A stretch of DNA of 64,000 bases from an uncultured Chloroflexia bacterium (GTDB lineage: Bacteria; Chloroflexota; Limnocylindria; Limnocylindrales; CSP1-4): the NCBI GenBank assembly GCA_963806175.1, contig CAWDXA010000011.1, positions 602,065 through 666,064 on the forward strand, written 5' to 3'. Each line of letters starts with the position of its first letter. The first letter of the stretch is position 1. Positions 62,350 through 64,000 of the stretch are shown here, one piece after another. A model generated the notes under the pieces. It was not told the origin of the DNA. It searched no databases and saw only the letters and a list, made by a program, of their open reading frames with translations. Made by a program: the position numbers and the translations under genes.

Positions 62350-63374
62350 GTGGCATCGCATCGCTCGCCGGCCGGCGCTCCAGGTCGGCGGTCATCGCCT
62401 GGGTCGTGGCGGCCCTCGTCACCGGCTGTGCTGGACCGGGCTCGGCAACGAGTCAAGCGTCGTCCCCCGGTCCGTCGGCGGCGACCACCAGCCGCACCCC
62501 GGACAACGCGACCGCCGTCGCCTCCGCAGCACCAGCGACGCCCGGCGCGAGCGTCGACCTCGCGGCGGCGCGATCCGCCTTCGACTACGACGTCGCCGAG
62601 CCGGCGTTCGTGGAGGTCGCGAAGACAACGAAGGGCGGCGTCACCGTGAGCGACGTCACCTACGCCTCGGTCGGCGGCCGGACGCTGTCGGCCCTCCTGG
62701 TCGCGCCGGCCGGTGGGTCTGGCCATCCGGTCGTCCTCTTCCTGCACTGGTACGCGACCAACGAACCGGACGGCAACCGGACCGAGTTCCTCCAGGAGGC
62801 GACCGCGCTGGCCGCCCGCGGCGTCGTGTCGTTGCTGCCCGAGCAGCAGTTCCCGTGGCACAAGCCACCCGCCGGCACCGCCCAGGACCACCAGGCGGTC
62901 ATCGACCAGGTCGTCGACGACCGGGTCGGGCTGGACGCGCTCGTGGCGCTGCCCGGCGTCGACCCGAAGCGCGTGGCGGTCGTCGGGCACGATTTCGGCG
63001 CGATGTACGCGGCACTGGTCGCCGGCCTGGATGACCGGGTGGGTGCGACCGTGATCATGGCCGGCGTGCCGCATTTCGCGGACTGGTACCTGCGCTATTG
63101 GCACCCGGTGGCGGCGTCCGAACAGGCGACATACAAGGCGACCATGCTCGAAGTCGATCCCGTGACCTTCCTGCCCGAGGCCGCTGGCCCGGTGCTCTTC
63201 CAGTTCGCCGATTTAGACCAGTACGTCTCGCCGGCGGCGATCGATGCCTGGATCGCGGCGGCGCCCGGTGGCGCTTCGGTCAAGACGTACAACTGGAACC
63301 ACAGCCTGCGGACGGACGCAGCCAGTACCGACCGCGACGCCTTCCTTGCAACGGCACTCGCCCTCGGTCACTAG
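62346..63374 (+). CDS. Lipoprotein alpha/beta-hydrolase (dienelactone-hydrolase-like) with an Asp at the nucleophile elbow
   Basis: ATG 62346 overlaps the upstream stop (ATGA), and the lipobox is VTGC. It has HPVVLFLHWY and the elbow VVGHDFGAMYAA (GxDxG instead of GxSxG). It is intact. Confidence 0.75.
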   Translation: MSGIASLAGRRSRSAVIAWVVAALVTGCAGPGSATSQASSPGPSAATTSRTPDNATAVASAAPATPGASVDLAAARSAFDYDVAEPAFVEVAKTTKGGVTVSDVTYASVGGRTLSALLVAPAGGSGHPVVLFLHWYATNEPDGNRTEFLQEATALAARGVVSLLPEQQFPWHKPPAGTAQDHQAVIDQVVDDRVGLDALVALPGVDPKRVAVVGHDFGAMYAALVAGLDDRVGATVIMAGVPHFADWYLRYWHPVAASEQATYKATMLEVDPVTFLPEAAGPVLFQFADLDQYVSPAAIDAWIAAAPGGASVKTYNWNHSLRTDAASTDRDAFLATALALGH

Positions 63375-63467
63375 CGGACTGATCCCGCGACGGGGCCGTT
63401 TGACGCTCCGGGGACCCGGCCGTACGCTGCCGGTCCGATCCGTCCATCTCGCTCCCGTGGAGTCACC

Positions 63468-64000
63468 GTGGCCAACACCTCCCCCGCGCAGGGCCGGTGG
63501 GCCGTTCGCCCCGTTCCACCGGAACCTCGCTCGATCGTCGAGCTGATCCGTGCCGGCACGCTCGATTCCGAGCTGGCCGCGACGATCTGGTTGCTGATCG
63601 AGGCGGGCGTCCCGATCGTGGTCGCCGGCGAGGGCCAGGGCACGGGCAAGTCCACGCTCCTCGGTGCCCTGCTCGCGTTCGTGCCGCCGGACACCACGAT
63701 CGTCGAGCTGCCGCGGCGCGTCGGAGACGTTCGGCTGGCTGCCGCAGGCCACGGAGCTCGGCTGGGCGGGCGTCGCGAGCGCGGCCCCGCTCCCGGATCG
63801 CGCGGTCATCAGGCCCGATCGCACCGTGCTGCTCGCGAGCGAGCTGTCGGACCACCTGCCGGCCTACACGTGGGGCGAAGCCGCGCGGCTCGCGGTTCGG
63901 GCCGCCTCGATCGGCTACGGCCTCGCGACCACGATCCACGCCGACTCGCTCGAGGCGGTCTTCGACGAACTGCGACCGCGCCCAGTTGCGCTGACCGAGG
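63468..64000 (+). pseudogene. Type II/IV secretion-family (GspE/VirB11/CpaF-like) P-loop ATPase, partial at the window end, one frame shift
   Basis: It has IVELIRAGTLDSELAATIWLLIEAGVPIVVAGEGQGTGKSTLLGALL (Walker A). After a break near 63715 it continues ETFGWLP...LLASELSDHLPAYTWGEAARLAVRAASIGYGLATTIHADSLEAVFDEL. The start codon is tentative. Confidence 0.6.

Overview
High-GC window (about 70-77% by hand count of sample lines, about 62% in one islet). Gene content is Actinomycetota-like: GTG starts, ATGA/GTGA coupled junctions, probable leaderless starts and mycothiol-synthase-like tandem GNATs. I can support about 65 protein genes, one tRNA-Lys(CTT), one minisatellite, two diverged ~105-bp inverted-repeat elements and several regulatory sites. 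I saw no rRNA, CRISPR array, transposase, integrase or phage gene.

Gene order:
- 1-3.3 kb: DNA-repair and folate genes (AlkA-like fragment, DinB, folE, SDR, MarR).
- 3.4-11.1 kb: B12-binding mutase subunit and MeaB, then hbd, acyl-CoA dehydrogenase, thiolase and aldehyde dehydrogenase. An opposite-strand XRE cassette interrupts this block.
- 11.2-16 kb: Nudix, two lipoproteins, tatA and a Tat substrate.
- 16-19.3 kb: tRNA-Lys, then a lower-GC islet with a 620-aa Ig-like surface protein and a sortase-like protein.
- 19.4-27.8 kb: PspC/LiaF-like pair, carAB, and CopC with a membrane partner.
- 27.9-36.8 kb: M16 peptidase pair, SRAP, TPR-rhomboid, an OmpR-type two-component system and a MetE-like protein.
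- 36.9-52.3 kb: a 15-kb double carbon-monoxide/xanthine-dehydrogenase-family supercluster, with form II coxSLM, maturation genes, then form I coxMSL, xdhC-YHS and coxG.
- 52.3-64 kb: DUF1028, MBL hydrolase, rsgA flanked by two MshD-like GNATs, a DrrAB-like ABC exporter behind a leader-peptide/terminator module, GNAT, an ArsR-like regulator, two lipoproteins and a partial secretion-type ATPase.

Main caveat: about 45 conserved genes are interrupted by frame shifts, so their pieces sit in different frames of the ORF track. I label these pseudogene. Assembly indel error is the most likely cause.

Most interesting candidates:
- The promoter, 28-codon ORF and terminator module upstream of the ABC exporter.
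- The carA leader, with twin hairpins and an Arg-rich upstream ORF.
- The repeat-bracketed XRE cassette.
- The Cys-to-Ser sortase-like protein.
- The XdhC-YHS fusion next to form I CODH.
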